56,796 nt of DNA from a virus. Taxonomy: Duplodnaviria > Caudoviricetes. The position numbers and the translations under genes were made by a program. Location of the stretch: the IMG/VR virus record IMGVR_UViG_3300025011_000055, positions 1 to 56,796 of that record. One strand, 5' to 3'. Below, one piece after another: positions 45,463 through 55,920 of this stretch (the first letter of the stretch is position 1; the number at the start of each line of letters is the position of its first letter). A model generated the notes under the pieces. The model did not search any database. It worked only from the letters and a program-made list of their open reading frames with translations, and had not been told where the DNA came from.

Positions 45463-45681
45463 ATGAGCGGAAATTATTTTGAATATAATCAAGTTATGAA
45501 TCGGATGCAAGTTATGTGTGAAGAAAGCCTTTGCCCAGATCATTATGAAATATGGGAAATTATCAAGAAGGCACTTTATGAAACACGAAGCAGTTTAAAA
45601 GAATCAACCTGTACAATTGATCCAAGAGAAGATTTGCCTAATGATTTGATAGCAGCTTTAGCTCATGAGGATGGAGAATGA
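45463..45681 (+). CDS. Hypothetical protein
   Basis: TAAGGAG RBS. Confidence 0.55.
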   Translation: MSGNYFEYNQVMNRMQVMCEESLCPDHYEIWEIIKKALYETRSSLKESTCTIDPREDLPNDLIAALAHEDGE

Positions 45682-45684
45682 AAT

Positions 45685-46641
45685 ATGAAAATAATCAAAC
45701 CAAGCGTACAATTTTATGGCGCAGTACCGACAGAATATAATGCAGCACTTAAGTTCATCGAGATGGCTGGCAGAACATGCTACAAGTCAGAAGACAAGAT
45801 CACTGAAGATAGTGCAGAAGGCTTCGTCCGGAAACTGATCAAGGCAGGTCATCTAGCTATGGTCGAGCACTCGAATTTTGTAGTGCGAGCACAAAGAATG
45901 GACTATCCACTAGTTTGGTTACAAGGACAGGTTGGTAAATATCTAACTGCTTTAAATGATTCTGAGCACACATACATAGGAGGAAGTCTTACTGCATGGT
46001 ATCAGCATACTGTGAAGGAAGGAATCCCTGACTACTGCGATTGTTTTGTAAAAGGTTATGGAAGTTTATTTTCTATAGATATTGAAACCGGTACTAGAGG
46101 TTGGCAAGTCTGCCCTCACAATGAAGTCCCCAAGGAACTCCACAGGTTTGCTGTCAAGTTTATCTGTGATCGCGGAGTCAGTCATGAGTTGGTACGACAC
46201 AGGCCTTGCTCTTTTGCTCAGGAATCAACCCGGTACGTAAACTATGCTGGCAAGGATATGGAGTTTATTGAACCGGAAGACCTTGAGAGCTGGCCCGATG
46301 ATACTTACCGTCAGTTTATGTTGGCTTGCGAAGACGCCGAGACTGCGTATCATTACATGGTAAAGCCTGAAGGACCTTTGTCACCCCAACAAGCCCGGGC
46401 CGTCCTGCCTAATGCCTTGAAGACTGAGATCGTAGTCACGGCAGATTCATCCGAATGGACGCATATCAGAAAGCTCCGTACAGCTAAATCTGCTCATCCC
46501 GATATGCAGCGAGTAATGAATATGATGCCTTGGGAGGAGTTCTTAGACAATCAAATTGAAGAAAATAAAATTCATCGTTGTGAAAAACATCATAAAGACT
46601 TTACTGGTAAAGTTTGTCCTGAATGTGAGCAAGAGAGCTAA
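45685..46641 (+). CDS. thyX: Flavin-dependent thymidylate synthase
   Basis: AGRTCYKS, GH..MVEH, SHELVRHR..SFAQESTRY, ARAVLP and LR....AHP motifs. Confidence 0.93.
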   Translation: MKIIKPSVQFYGAVPTEYNAALKFIEMAGRTCYKSEDKITEDSAEGFVRKLIKAGHLAMVEHSNFVVRAQRMDYPLVWLQGQVGKYLTALNDSEHTYIGGSLTAWYQHTVKEGIPDYCDCFVKGYGSLFSIDIETGTRGWQVCPHNEVPKELHRFAVKFICDRGVSHELVRHRPCSFAQESTRYVNYAGKDMEFIEPEDLESWPDDTYRQFMLACEDAETAYHYMVKPEGPLSPQQARAVLPNALKTEIVVTADSSEWTHIRKLRTAKSAHPDMQRVMNMMPWEEFLDNQIEENKIHRCEKHHKDFTGKVCPECEQES

Positions 46642-46724
46642 TTAGTTGTGGAACTTAAGTTAATGTTTGACAACTGGTTGTTCATTTATGAACGGTCACT
46701 CATTATCTAATAAGAGGTATATTT

Positions 46725-47342
46725 ATGCCAAATGTTGTATGTATGCAGGATGGGAATGGTAATGTTTATGCTACATATATGAAAGAAGAAAGCATAAATA
46801 AATTAGATAAAGTAATTGAGAAGAAAGAAATTACTTTAAAAGAATTAAGAAAGATGTTTATTTATAATCCTGAAACGGGTGATTTAATATATCGTGATCC
46901 TCCAAGAAAGAAAAAAATTTATTTTCCTAATGCTGATGGAAAAGCTGGATATGCTAATTCTAAAGGTTATAAACATGTTTCTATTAGAGGAAAAGTATAT
47001 TCAGTACATAGATTAATATGGTATATTTATTATGGTAAGAAACCAAATAAAGATATTGATCATATTAATAGAGATCCATCTGACAATAGAATAATAAATC
47101 TTAGACTTGTTACTAAACAACAAAACTGTTTAAATAGAAGTGTAAGTAAAAATAGTGTTTCAGGTGTTATTGGAGTTAGTTGGAATAAACAAAGAAATAA
47201 ATGGCAGGCAGGAATTACTATTAATAAAAAATATATATTATTAGGAATATTCTTAAATTTTGAAGATGCCGTAAAAGCTAGAAAATCTGCTGAAGATTTT
47301 GCAGGCATAACAAAATTTAAATTTCCTTTAAACAAAGTATAA
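46725..47342 (+). CDS. Free-standing HNH homing endonuclease with AP2-like domain
   Basis: HRLIW...IDHINR...DNRI.NLR; SGV.GV.W...W.A.I...LG.F...A..AR. Confidence 0.88.
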   Translation: MPNVVCMQDGNGNVYATYMKEESINKLDKVIEKKEITLKELRKMFIYNPETGDLIYRDPPRKKKIYFPNADGKAGYANSKGYKHVSIRGKVYSVHRLIWYIYYGKKPNKDIDHINRDPSDNRIINLRLVTKQQNCLNRSVSKNSVSGVIGVSWNKQRNKWQAGITINKKYILLGIFLNFEDAVKARKSAEDFAGITKFKFPLNKV

Positions 47343-47347
47343 ACAAA

Positions 47348-47381
47348 AGCCAGAACTCACGAAACAGTATGAGTTCTGGCT
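47348..47381. terminator. Bidirectional terminator between the convergent arms
   Basis: AGCCAGAACTCA / TGAGTTCTGGCT 12-bp stem with A/T runs on both sides. Confidence 0.8.
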
Positions 47382-47389
47382 ATTCATTT

Positions 47390-50300
47390 TTATTGCATCG
47401 TATCTACAACTTCAAAATATCTTTTTAATATTACCTCTCGTTGATGCTGCAACTGTCCAAGCCTTTCTCTAACATTTGTTGTCTGCTCAATCTTTTTCAA
47501 CTTATTAATTACTGCCTGGTTCCGATTGAGAGCACTCTGAAAGTTTTCATGCAACTTCATTTGTTTGAAGCCATCCAGGTTTGAATTCAAGAAGGTTCGT
47601 TTGTCTTCCGAGTTTTCAAGTTGCTTCTTGAAGATATCGACTTCCTTACTGACCTTACTAAACTCTTGTTCGTTACTACTCTTTTTGTAGTCCTCTCCCC
47701 TTCCGTAATGCCAATAATAAATCTTCCCACCAATTGGAATGGACTCTACAATTCTTGCATGATCAAAATCAATTGTATCTCCTGTAATGTAAGACCCATA
47801 CAATTGGTTAAGGTCCTTACTGATGGAGTTTACAAACCTGAATGGTGGCAAAATCTGCCCGATCAATCCAGATCCTAAACCTTCCCGAGCTGTTTGCATC
47901 CTTACAAACTTTGATGCTCCACCCATAGTTAAGAAGTTTTCAATCACGTTATCTTCAAACTTAGTTTCTTTCCCCAACATCCAATCCTTCAACTCATCTG
48001 CGCCTGCATTAGCCAGTGTAAGTAAACTCACCAGCTTAATCATGTTACCAATTCCTTCAATAACCTGATCCCGTTCGCCAGTCTTAATTTTGTGCCATGC
48101 TTCATTTCTGAAAACATCAAACTGTTTGAGTGTGTATGTCTTGAGCATATAAAACACTCGGCCATTTCCACTCTTGAGATATTGCTCTGACATTTCAGAA
48201 AGCGCTACAGGTTGGAAATCAAGCAAGCGATGGTACAGCAACATCTTTACGTTGTCTGTCGGATTTCCTGCGAGCAAATCATTTATTACACTCTCAGACT
48301 GTGTTCCAAAGATTGGCTTGATTTGCTTTAGCAGTTCTGTTCGTCCAGCCTCAGTGCTGGCCATAACCTTGTAGTTACTAAACGCATTGTTGATCAAAGT
48401 CTCTTTGCCGATCGAATCTATTCTTTCAAGTCCAACTTTTTTGAATACCCAACTTACTGCATTCCCTAGTGTCGTTCCGTCTGCAAACTCCTGGGCGATC
48501 CTCTCAATCCCTAAGTCTTCCTTAGTTATTTCAGACTTCTTAGTTATGGCTTTACCAACATTCTTAATCGTATCAGCTAGTCCACGTGGTGTCCATACTT
48601 TGCCTACATACATCGCCCAAGCCAAATCTCCAATCTGAGTCAGCGCTGATATAGGCGATCCCATAACATCGATGTATGACATATTTTTGTAAGCATTAAC
48701 TATTCCTGTAGCTCCATGCTCGTGGAATCTAGCATCAAGAATATCCCTTACTACTTTTTGATCATCATCTTGAATTCTTCCACTCAATCTGAGGTCATTA
48801 ATATAGGCTCCGATATTCTCAGTGTAATCTCTTTGCAGTTTGTACTTATCCAATTCTTGTTCAATCCTAATTAGGTCGCCAGAAACATCTTCTATGCGTG
48901 CAGTATTATTAGCCTTTGTATACTCTTCTAGCATTACCTGCTTTCGTTTCTTCTCAGCTTTCAGGGTTGCTATTCTTTCTGGAACCTTACCAAAGAATCG
49001 TCTTGCTTCTATTTTCTTTGTCATACTATAGATGTATTGCATCAATGCGGCATCACTATCCATGTAGAATTTATTCAATTCTGGTGGAACAGTTTCATAT
49101 TGCCTGGCTTGAATATTGCCTGGTCCACCAATACCGAGGTTCCTGCCAAGTATTGTATTGCTTGCAATATCTGCTGCTTGCTCAGGATATTCAATTTCAA
49201 ACTTTTCAACTGTCATACCCAGTTTGTCTGCATAAACTTTGATTGCATCAGTAATAACTGGTCGTTGAGAAATTCCTTTGGTTGCCTGCAAGAATCCCTC
49301 TTGATCTTTAATTATGCGGGGCCAGTATTCTTCAATGAAACCCACATCATAACCAACATCAATTGCATCCTGACGAATGTGATCCAAGACTGCTCGCAGC
49401 TTTTCTTGATCATTGGTCATGTTGTACTTTGCTGCAATTTCTTTGATCTTAATTTCGTCTGAGTTTCTCCTAGCTGCATCCCAAACAAATTTGTCTTGCG
49501 GACTCATTTGCTTAGTCTTCTCAAGGAGTGGGTGTGCAATTCGTAATGCAGTTACAATCTTTTGTGCAGTCCGAAAGTCGAGGTTTCTAATCTCTGCACG
49601 AAGCATTGGATCTACATTTTTAAGTCTAGTTGATATAGACCCCAATCCCTTGTCGATAAGTTGCTTAATTTCATGTCCTCTCATTCGCAAGGTCTGGCCG
49701 ATTGTACGAACCAAACTATTTCGCTCGGTAAACATTTGATGATAAACATCATCACTAATCTTCTGCGCTGGAGTTTCACGAACCTCGAACATCGGCATAC
49801 CTTCACGGAGTGCCTTAGATTTCATACGGTTAGTGATTGGCAGAGAAAGTTGCTGCCTTGCTTCAGCTTCATATCCATCTTTATAAAACTTTTTTGTTAA
49901 TGGATTATATTCTCCTTGAGGAATGTTTGTTACTTCAACTTTCGCATTCCCCCACTTGTTCTTATTGAACTCTGCATTAAAAGTATTCGGAAGTATTTTA
50001 TCATAAAACTCCTGCATTCCATGAAGTCTTTTAGCTTTTTCTTCTTCAGTGCCTTGAGCATAACGATCAAACTGTTGCTGCCCAGTCGTCCATGCAATTT
50101 TATCAAAACCATTTTCAGCAGCATACCTGACCATCCGCTTCATGACAAGGAGAGACCACTGAGTAGAGTTCTTGAATGGTGCATTTGGAACACTATCAAC
50201 TAAATCAGCTTCTCTAGGTAATTCGGAAAAACCTAACATTATATCTTTAAAAACTTCAAAATCTTCATCAGATATTCCTTGTTCTTTTAAGCTCCATCCT

Positions 50301-53300
50301 GGAGTAAGTCCAGATGGCCCAGAATAAAAATTTATATTTGGATATTTATCTTCAATCCGTTTAATTTCCATTTCTCTGGTAATTATATTCGGATTTTCAT
50401 AACCTTTCTTTTTTCCTTCTTGATGCCAATCACTTTGAATCTCTTCAAGGAAAAGAACTTTATTTCCATCTGCATCAGTCCGTTCATTGAACCGAATGTG
50501 AACTAAAGGATTTACAACACCTGGCCAATGAACTTCATGAGTATAAGTCTTTTTATCTTGCTCTGAGGGTAAAGTTAATATTAATTCTTTATAATTCTTT
50601 CCATCTGGAAGTTGATAATGTGAATGTTTAGTATTGCTACTATCGGGAAAGTTATTATATATAGCTTCTTGAAGATCTTCTGATAATTCATTAAACTCTA
50701 TATCATTTCCTAAAGAATTTGTAAAATAATGTCTATTCGTTTGTGGATCATATTCAGCAGATATTCCTTCAGCAGAAAACATTTTTTGAATTTCAGATGA
50801 TAATTTTAATTCTTCTTTAACTACTTCTTCCAGACTCACATTATTTTCTTGAACAAATTTCAACAAGTCTGCCTGAGTAACTTTTCCTTCCTGCTTATCA
50901 AGCCAATCATTCACACCAACCCAATCAAGTTCATCCTGCTTAAGTCCTGGAAAGTTCTTAATCATTCCTTTCCATTGATCAGGTGTTGCTTGCTTCTGAT
51001 TAAATCCAGCAACCGCATTCTCAAGTGCGGAGTACCATTGCTTTGCAGCTTCTTCAGCTTGAGGAACAGTAACTTGAACAGTCTGTCCATTTACTTGCCT
51101 CTCATAAATCTTTCCACTTTCTACTTCACGAGCCAACCCTGAGACTGTTTGTTTACCAAAGCTTAACAACTGCTGGAAGAAGTCCATTACTCGTTGAATG
51201 ACTTTACCAAACGAAGTGTTTCTATATTCAGCTCTGTTGACCATAATCTGAGCAAACATGTTCGCACGATTCTCAACCATCCTTTGCTTTGGATCTTCAT
51301 GAGTACTAAGAGCAAATTCAAGCTTACCTGCTTTACGAAGTTTATTAAACTCACGATTCAAAGCGCTATCATCTGCTTCTGTAATCAATCCCAAGTTGTC
51401 AAGTACATGCTTGTTCTCATGCCAAAGAGTCTTATTGTCTGCAAAGTTTTCATCAAGAAGAATTTCATTCCCGATCGTAATGCCAAGAATCTTTCCATTC
51501 TTTGACATCTGCCCAGTTTCAATTGCTAACTTAACAAAGCCTTGGCCAGCATTTTGAATACTATTGATTGTTAAGCCTTGACCATTTTTAAACTTAACTG
51601 ATATTGTTCCATCAGGAGATTGATTTATTTCTTGTCCTGGAAAAGCTCCCTTAATATCATCAAGATTTACTTTGCCTAATGTTTCTTGATTTTCACGTAC
51701 TTCAAATGCCTCTTCATTTTTTGTTACCATTCTTGCTATAGAATCAAGTGACAGCGGTCCATTTACCGATTCTCCACCAGCAAAATAAGCAATTTCAACA
51801 GGAATTGTTTTAAGTCCTGCGAGTTTTGCTGCACGAACTCGATGATTTCCTTCGTTGATTAATGCAGTGCCATCATATCCTACATTAATAAAAATAGCTT
51901 TATCTGGAAGATATCCATTTTCAGAGATACTTCGTCGTATTTTCATTATTGTTCTAGTGTCTTGAAAATCTTGTAAATGATCAAGCCTTACATCTTCACC
52001 TTCCATTCCCCTTAAAAATACAACAGAGTCTATGGGAAGTTCTATTCTATTAATTTTTGCTGTGACAGAACCATGCCTGAAACCAGTTCTTTCATCTTTT
52101 GCTTTAGCTTTCTTACGCTGCTCTTCTAACCAACTACCACCAGGATTATCAAGAATAACTCTTCCACCTGCTTCTTTTATTATTTTTTTGCTATCTGTTT
52201 CACCGACTTGAAACTGTGGAGCACTACCTACTTGCCGTTCATTAGTGAACCAACTCTGCAAACCTCCTGGCAAGTTTCTAGGAATCTCAGTTTCAACTGC
52301 CTGACTATTTGGTGTCGGAACATCACCAAGATCTTTAGCAATTTGTTGAAACCATTCCTGGCGCTTATTCTGCTCAGCTAAAGACGAAACGACATTTTGT
52401 TTTGCTTCACTTTGTGCTGTCGTATCACTTTTGACATTACCTTCAATATTAGCAAGTTGTGTCTCAAAGAACTTCTTCCGCATAAATGCTTCCGTTCCAG
52501 GAGTCATTTCTTCATGAATAAGATTTAATTCTTTTTTAACACCCTGCCAATAATCCTCTATAACAGCTTTTTCTCTTTCAGTAAATTTCTGTGTTAAAAA
52601 TACTTCAGCAGATTCCTGAGCATTCTTAACTCCAGGCTGCTCAAACATCTGATTGTAAAGTTTCTGCCTGATTGCCGGATCACTCTCTTGAGTAATCGAA
52701 GACATTACCTTTTGAAGTTCTTGCTTTCTAAACTGAGTGTCGGCATCTTCACCTTGAGTAGCAAACACTTCAGCAGAATCAGCAGCATCTTTAACACCAG
52801 GCTGCATGAACATCTTCTCATAAAGTGTTTGCCTGGCTTGAGGATCAGGCTCAACCACTATAGATTCAAGAACCTTGTTAAGACGTTCCTGATCTTTAGC
52901 TTTAACAAGTTGATCAAACTGACTTAAGTCTGCATTCGCAATAGTTTCTGCAGATTCCTGAGCATCTCTTTCAAAAGTTTGAAATAATCCATCATAAACT
53001 TTCTGCAATTCTTGTTTCTTTTGCTGACTTTGTGTGTTTGCAATTTGAGTCGAAAGTCTATCTAGGATATCTTGCTGCTCAGTAGATTTTTCACCAAAGA
53101 CTTGTGCTGACTCATTTGCATCTTTATTAACTCCACCAAGCCAAAGCTGGTTATAAAAGTTTTCCTTTTCTTGACGAATTTCATCAGCTTTTTTCGGCCC
53201 TTCAAAGTCACTAACTTGATTAGTTTTCTGCTGCAGCTGTCTGTCAAGAAGAGTATTTTTCTCCTTCTTCAGATTAAAAATCCTGTCAGCAATTGATGCC

Positions 53301-54760
53301 TTCTTTGTAGGATCAGTTTCATCCTTATATTGTTTAAGAGCTATTTCTTCTCTCTTATTAATTGTATCAAGATCATCATTAATTTTCTGTGCATCAGTAA
53401 TTCTTTTCTCAGATAATTTATTTTCAATTTCTTTTGCTTCCTTCTCTTCAGGAGAAAGTGCTTCATATTCCTTCTTAGCAAGTTCTTCTTTCTTCTGTAT
53501 TCCAGAATTAATCCGATCTAGAAGGCTCTGATTATTTTTATTATCCTCAACAGTCTTTCTGATTAATTCAGCCTGATCAACATTTAACTCTCTTGCTTTC
53601 TGATCAAGCTTATAAGGATCATCAAGAATTTCTTTATTCAACTTAAGAGTTTCATTTAAAGTTTGGATGCTCTTACCAAGTTCATCTTCTTTCAAATTAA
53701 GAATATTTGCAGCCCTTCTATCAAGCTCAACCTCTGCATCAGTCTTTCCAGGCCCAGGATCTTTTGCTTGTGCGGAGAATCCTGCATTAACTGCTGCACC
53801 AGCTCCACCACCAATTGCTCCAGCAGCCATACTTTCAATAATGCGTTCAACATTATCAGCAGTCAATAACTTCTCATCAGTATTTGCTACAGTATTAAGA
53901 ACACTAAGCAGTTCCTGTCCACCTTCCTGCAAAGCTTCTTGCGGAATATTTGTAAGCAATTCCTTTGCAGACTTTTTAATCGTGCCAGTTGAACCCTTAC
54001 TCAAGGCATCTACAAAAGTATCTACCAACTTACTATTACCACCAGCAAATTCTAATGAAGTTGCCAGAGCACCAAACAACAGTGCCGTCTCAGGAGCATC
54101 AATGCCTTTTTCCTGCAGCAACTCTGCATACATTCCACCAGACTCTAGTGGCATAACTGATCCGGCAATACCAACCTTTCCGCCAAACTTCTTCAATGCT
54201 TGTCCAGTAAGTTGCTTCCTTACCTGAGTTTCTGTCAAATCTCCAATCCCACGTTTAACTGACTGCTTTACAGCTTCATCAATTCCTTTTTTAAGAATTG
54301 TTCTACCTGCCAAACCGCCGGCAACAGTACCTGCACCAGGAGCAATAGCAGATCCAGCAATCGCACCAACAGCAGCCTCAGCCATACTTGGGACAAGTTC
54401 ACCTAAAGTTCCTTGAGCCCAGTCAACAGCACCACCTACTCCTGCTTCGCCAATATAGATATCTTTAAAGGAATTCTTCTTAGGATACTGTTTGGCTTCT
54501 TCAATATTCCTGTTATATCCTTCCATACCAAAATCTTGCAAATTCTGGCCAGTCGATTCCATTCCGAACTTTTTCAATCCAGAGCCTGCAAGTGCAGTAG
54601 CACCATAAGCAGACGCCTGAAGATTCTGCAAGCCTCTCTTCACTCCAGGTATAAAATCAGAATCAGTTGGAACAGGAGTATTAATTTCTTCTGTATCATC
54701 AAAAAAACTTTTTACTACTGGCGAAGTAGTTTCTTCTGTATCATCAAAAAATCCAGCCAT
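47390..54760 (-). CDS. Giant (2456 aa) polyvalent internal virion/ejection protein
   Basis: Gly/Ala-rich membrane-like N-terminus, coiled coil, ParB/Srx-like insert (EGNHR), HExxH (HENKH), EEIQSDW domain and helical C-terminus. Confidence 0.8.
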   Translation of the reverse strand: MAGFFDDTEETTSPVVKSFFDDTEEINTPVPTDSDFIPGVKRGLQNLQASAYGATALAGSGLKKFGMESTGQNLQDFGMEGYNRNIEEAKQYPKKNSFKDIYIGEAGVGGAVDWAQGTLGELVPSMAEAAVGAIAGSAIAPGAGTVAGGLAGRTILKKGIDEAVKQSVKRGIGDLTETQVRKQLTGQALKKFGGKVGIAGSVMPLESGGMYAELLQEKGIDAPETALLFGALATSLEFAGGNSKLVDTFVDALSKGSTGTIKKSAKELLTNIPQEALQEGGQELLSVLNTVANTDEKLLTADNVERIIESMAAGAIGGGAGAAVNAGFSAQAKDPGPGKTDAEVELDRRAANILNLKEDELGKSIQTLNETLKLNKEILDDPYKLDQKARELNVDQAELIRKTVEDNKNNQSLLDRINSGIQKKEELAKKEYEALSPEEKEAKEIENKLSEKRITDAQKINDDLDTINKREEIALKQYKDETDPTKKASIADRIFNLKKEKNTLLDRQLQQKTNQVSDFEGPKKADEIRQEKENFYNQLWLGGVNKDANESAQVFGEKSTEQQDILDRLSTQIANTQSQQKKQELQKVYDGLFQTFERDAQESAETIANADLSQFDQLVKAKDQERLNKVLESIVVEPDPQARQTLYEKMFMQPGVKDAADSAEVFATQGEDADTQFRKQELQKVMSSITQESDPAIRQKLYNQMFEQPGVKNAQESAEVFLTQKFTEREKAVIEDYWQGVKKELNLIHEEMTPGTEAFMRKKFFETQLANIEGNVKSDTTAQSEAKQNVVSSLAEQNKRQEWFQQIAKDLGDVPTPNSQAVETEIPRNLPGGLQSWFTNERQVGSAPQFQVGETDSKKIIKEAGGRVILDNPGGSWLEEQRKKAKAKDERTGFRHGSVTAKINRIELPIDSVVFLRGMEGEDVRLDHLQDFQDTRTIMKIRRSISENGYLPDKAIFINVGYDGTALINEGNHRVRAAKLAGLKTIPVEIAYFAGGESVNGPLSLDSIARMVTKNEEAFEVRENQETLGKVNLDDIKGAFPGQEINQSPDGTISVKFKNGQGLTINSIQNAGQGFVKLAIETGQMSKNGKILGITIGNEILLDENFADNKTLWHENKHVLDNLGLITEADDSALNREFNKLRKAGKLEFALSTHEDPKQRMVENRANMFAQIMVNRAEYRNTSFGKVIQRVMDFFQQLLSFGKQTVSGLAREVESGKIYERQVNGQTVQVTVPQAEEAAKQWYSALENAVAGFNQKQATPDQWKGMIKNFPGLKQDELDWVGVNDWLDKQEGKVTQADLLKFVQENNVSLEEVVKEELKLSSEIQKMFSAEGISAEYDPQTNRHYFTNSLGNDIEFNELSEDLQEAIYNNFPDSSNTKHSHYQLPDGKNYKELILTLPSEQDKKTYTHEVHWPGVVNPLVHIRFNERTDADGNKVLFLEEIQSDWHQEGKKKGYENPNIITREMEIKRIEDKYPNINFYSGPSGLTPGWSLKEQGISDEDFEVFKDIMLGFSELPREADLVDSVPNAPFKNSTQWSLLVMKRMVRYAAENGFDKIAWTTGQQQFDRYAQGTEEEKAKRLHGMQEFYDKILPNTFNAEFNKNKWGNAKVEVTNIPQGEYNPLTKKFYKDGYEAEARQQLSLPITNRMKSKALREGMPMFEVRETPAQKISDDVYHQMFTERNSLVRTIGQTLRMRGHEIKQLIDKGLGSISTRLKNVDPMLRAEIRNLDFRTAQKIVTALRIAHPLLEKTKQMSPQDKFVWDAARRNSDEIKIKEIAAKYNMTNDQEKLRAVLDHIRQDAIDVGYDVGFIEEYWPRIIKDQEGFLQATKGISQRPVITDAIKVYADKLGMTVEKFEIEYPEQAADIASNTILGRNLGIGGPGNIQARQYETVPPELNKFYMDSDAALMQYIYSMTKKIEARRFFGKVPERIATLKAEKKRKQVMLEEYTKANNTARIEDVSGDLIRIEQELDKYKLQRDYTENIGAYINDLRLSGRIQDDDQKVVRDILDARFHEHGATGIVNAYKNMSYIDVMGSPISALTQIGDLAWAMYVGKVWTPRGLADTIKNVGKAITKKSEITKEDLGIERIAQEFADGTTLGNAVSWVFKKVGLERIDSIGKETLINNAFSNYKVMASTEAGRTELLKQIKPIFGTQSESVINDLLAGNPTDNVKMLLYHRLLDFQPVALSEMSEQYLKSGNGRVFYMLKTYTLKQFDVFRNEAWHKIKTGERDQVIEGIGNMIKLVSLLTLANAGADELKDWMLGKETKFEDNVIENFLTMGGASKFVRMQTAREGLGSGLIGQILPPFRFVNSISKDLNQLYGSYITGDTIDFDHARIVESIPIGGKIYYWHYGRGEDYKKSSNEQEFSKVSKEVDIFKKQLENSEDKRTFLNSNLDGFKQMKLHENFQSALNRNQAVINKLKKIEQTTNVRERLGQLQHQREVILKRYFEVVDTMQ

Positions 54761-54784
54761 TTTATATCCTTATAAGTTAATTTA

Positions 54785-55897
54785 TTAATACGGAAGACTT
54801 CCAAAATGTGCTTTATATTTAGCTTCAGCAGCAGCAAGTTTAGGATCTTTAGATTCGCGCATTTGGTTTAATCTTTTTATAATATCTGGTTGAGACTCTG
54901 CAAACGTTGTTCGACCTGATGTGTCATCAACATATCCAGTACCTTCAGCGTTTGGCATTTTAATTACTTGTCTCTTAGTCATCCCACTAGGATCATTCGG
55001 ATCTGGTTCTTCAATTACCAAAGGCTTTAATGGGTTTTCTTTAATCGGAGGATTTTGCAATACCTGTCCTTGAATATTGCGTAATTTATTTTCTGCAATA
55101 ACTCCTTGCTCATCTATTCGATTCTTATCTACATCAAGAGAAAGTTGATCTCTTGCAATTTGATTACGATCTAAAGTAGAAAGGAAATTTGCACGATTCA
55201 TATCTCGATCTGCTTCAGCATTCATTATTTGTGCATCAGCTCTAGCCTGCCTATTCTGAAGGCCTCGCACAAACATTCCACCAATGCTATCATCTACAGG
55301 TTGCTCTGTAGTTATTGGAGTAACACCATAGAATCCGCCGCGAGGAGAATCTCTTCTTGCTGCTTGCTGCTCAAAATAATCATTCCAAGTTGGTTGATGC
55401 TTACCTGATTGATTTATATTTCTTAAGTTAATCTTACCTTTATCTCCTTCAAATGAAAGAGTATTTCCACCAATATCATAAGTAGTTGTATTTCCTTCAG
55501 TCGATACATTCAGCTTGCCTAACTCTGCATTTCGTTGTGCATTAGAAATTTCATTGATTTTTGGCAAGTTTAAACTTGTTGGAGCCTCATATAATTTTGC
55601 TACCTTTGGCTCACTAAGTGGAGAAGTTTGTCTTGTTGGAGTTTGAATATTTTGCAAAGTTGTTCCTGGCTCATTAGTCGAAGCTTCTGCACTAAAGGCT
55701 TTTGTAGGATCATTAATACTTTTTCTATAATCTGCTGTATTTTTTAAACTATCAATTACCTTAATTATACGAGGAGTTTGATCCAGAGTTATTGGCTTAC
55801 CCTCTTCATTATATGTACTCATAGGATTACTTCTATTAAGCCAAGGCGCGGATTTCAACTTTCTTTTCTTCTCTTCTTCAATTTGATTCAAAGCCAT
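54785..55897 (-). CDS. Putative internal virion protein
   Basis: Low-complexity Asn/Gln-rich; directly upstream of the giant protein; GAGG RBS. Confidence 0.6.
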   Translation of the reverse strand: MALNQIEEEKKRKLKSAPWLNRSNPMSTYNEEGKPITLDQTPRIIKVIDSLKNTADYRKSINDPTKAFSAEASTNEPGTTLQNIQTPTRQTSPLSEPKVAKLYEAPTSLNLPKINEISNAQRNAELGKLNVSTEGNTTTYDIGGNTLSFEGDKGKINLRNINQSGKHQPTWNDYFEQQAARRDSPRGGFYGVTPITTEQPVDDSIGGMFVRGLQNRQARADAQIMNAEADRDMNRANFLSTLDRNQIARDQLSLDVDKNRIDEQGVIAENKLRNIQGQVLQNPPIKENPLKPLVIEEPDPNDPSGMTKRQVIKMPNAEGTGYVDDTSGRTTFAESQPDIIKRLNQMRESKDPKLAAAEAKYKAHFGSLPY

Positions 55898-55920
55898 TTT
55901 AGCCTCGCAGATTAATTTTA

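Noticed and set aside
46540-46641. ThyX Cys/His tail as another 3'-end replacement
   Set aside because: The tail is AT-rich and looks appended, but no orphan original C-terminus was found downstream.
47390-54760. N4-like or crAss-like virion RNA polymerase
   Set aside because: No T7-type or DxDGD polymerase motifs were recognised; the motifs fit a polyvalent protein instead.
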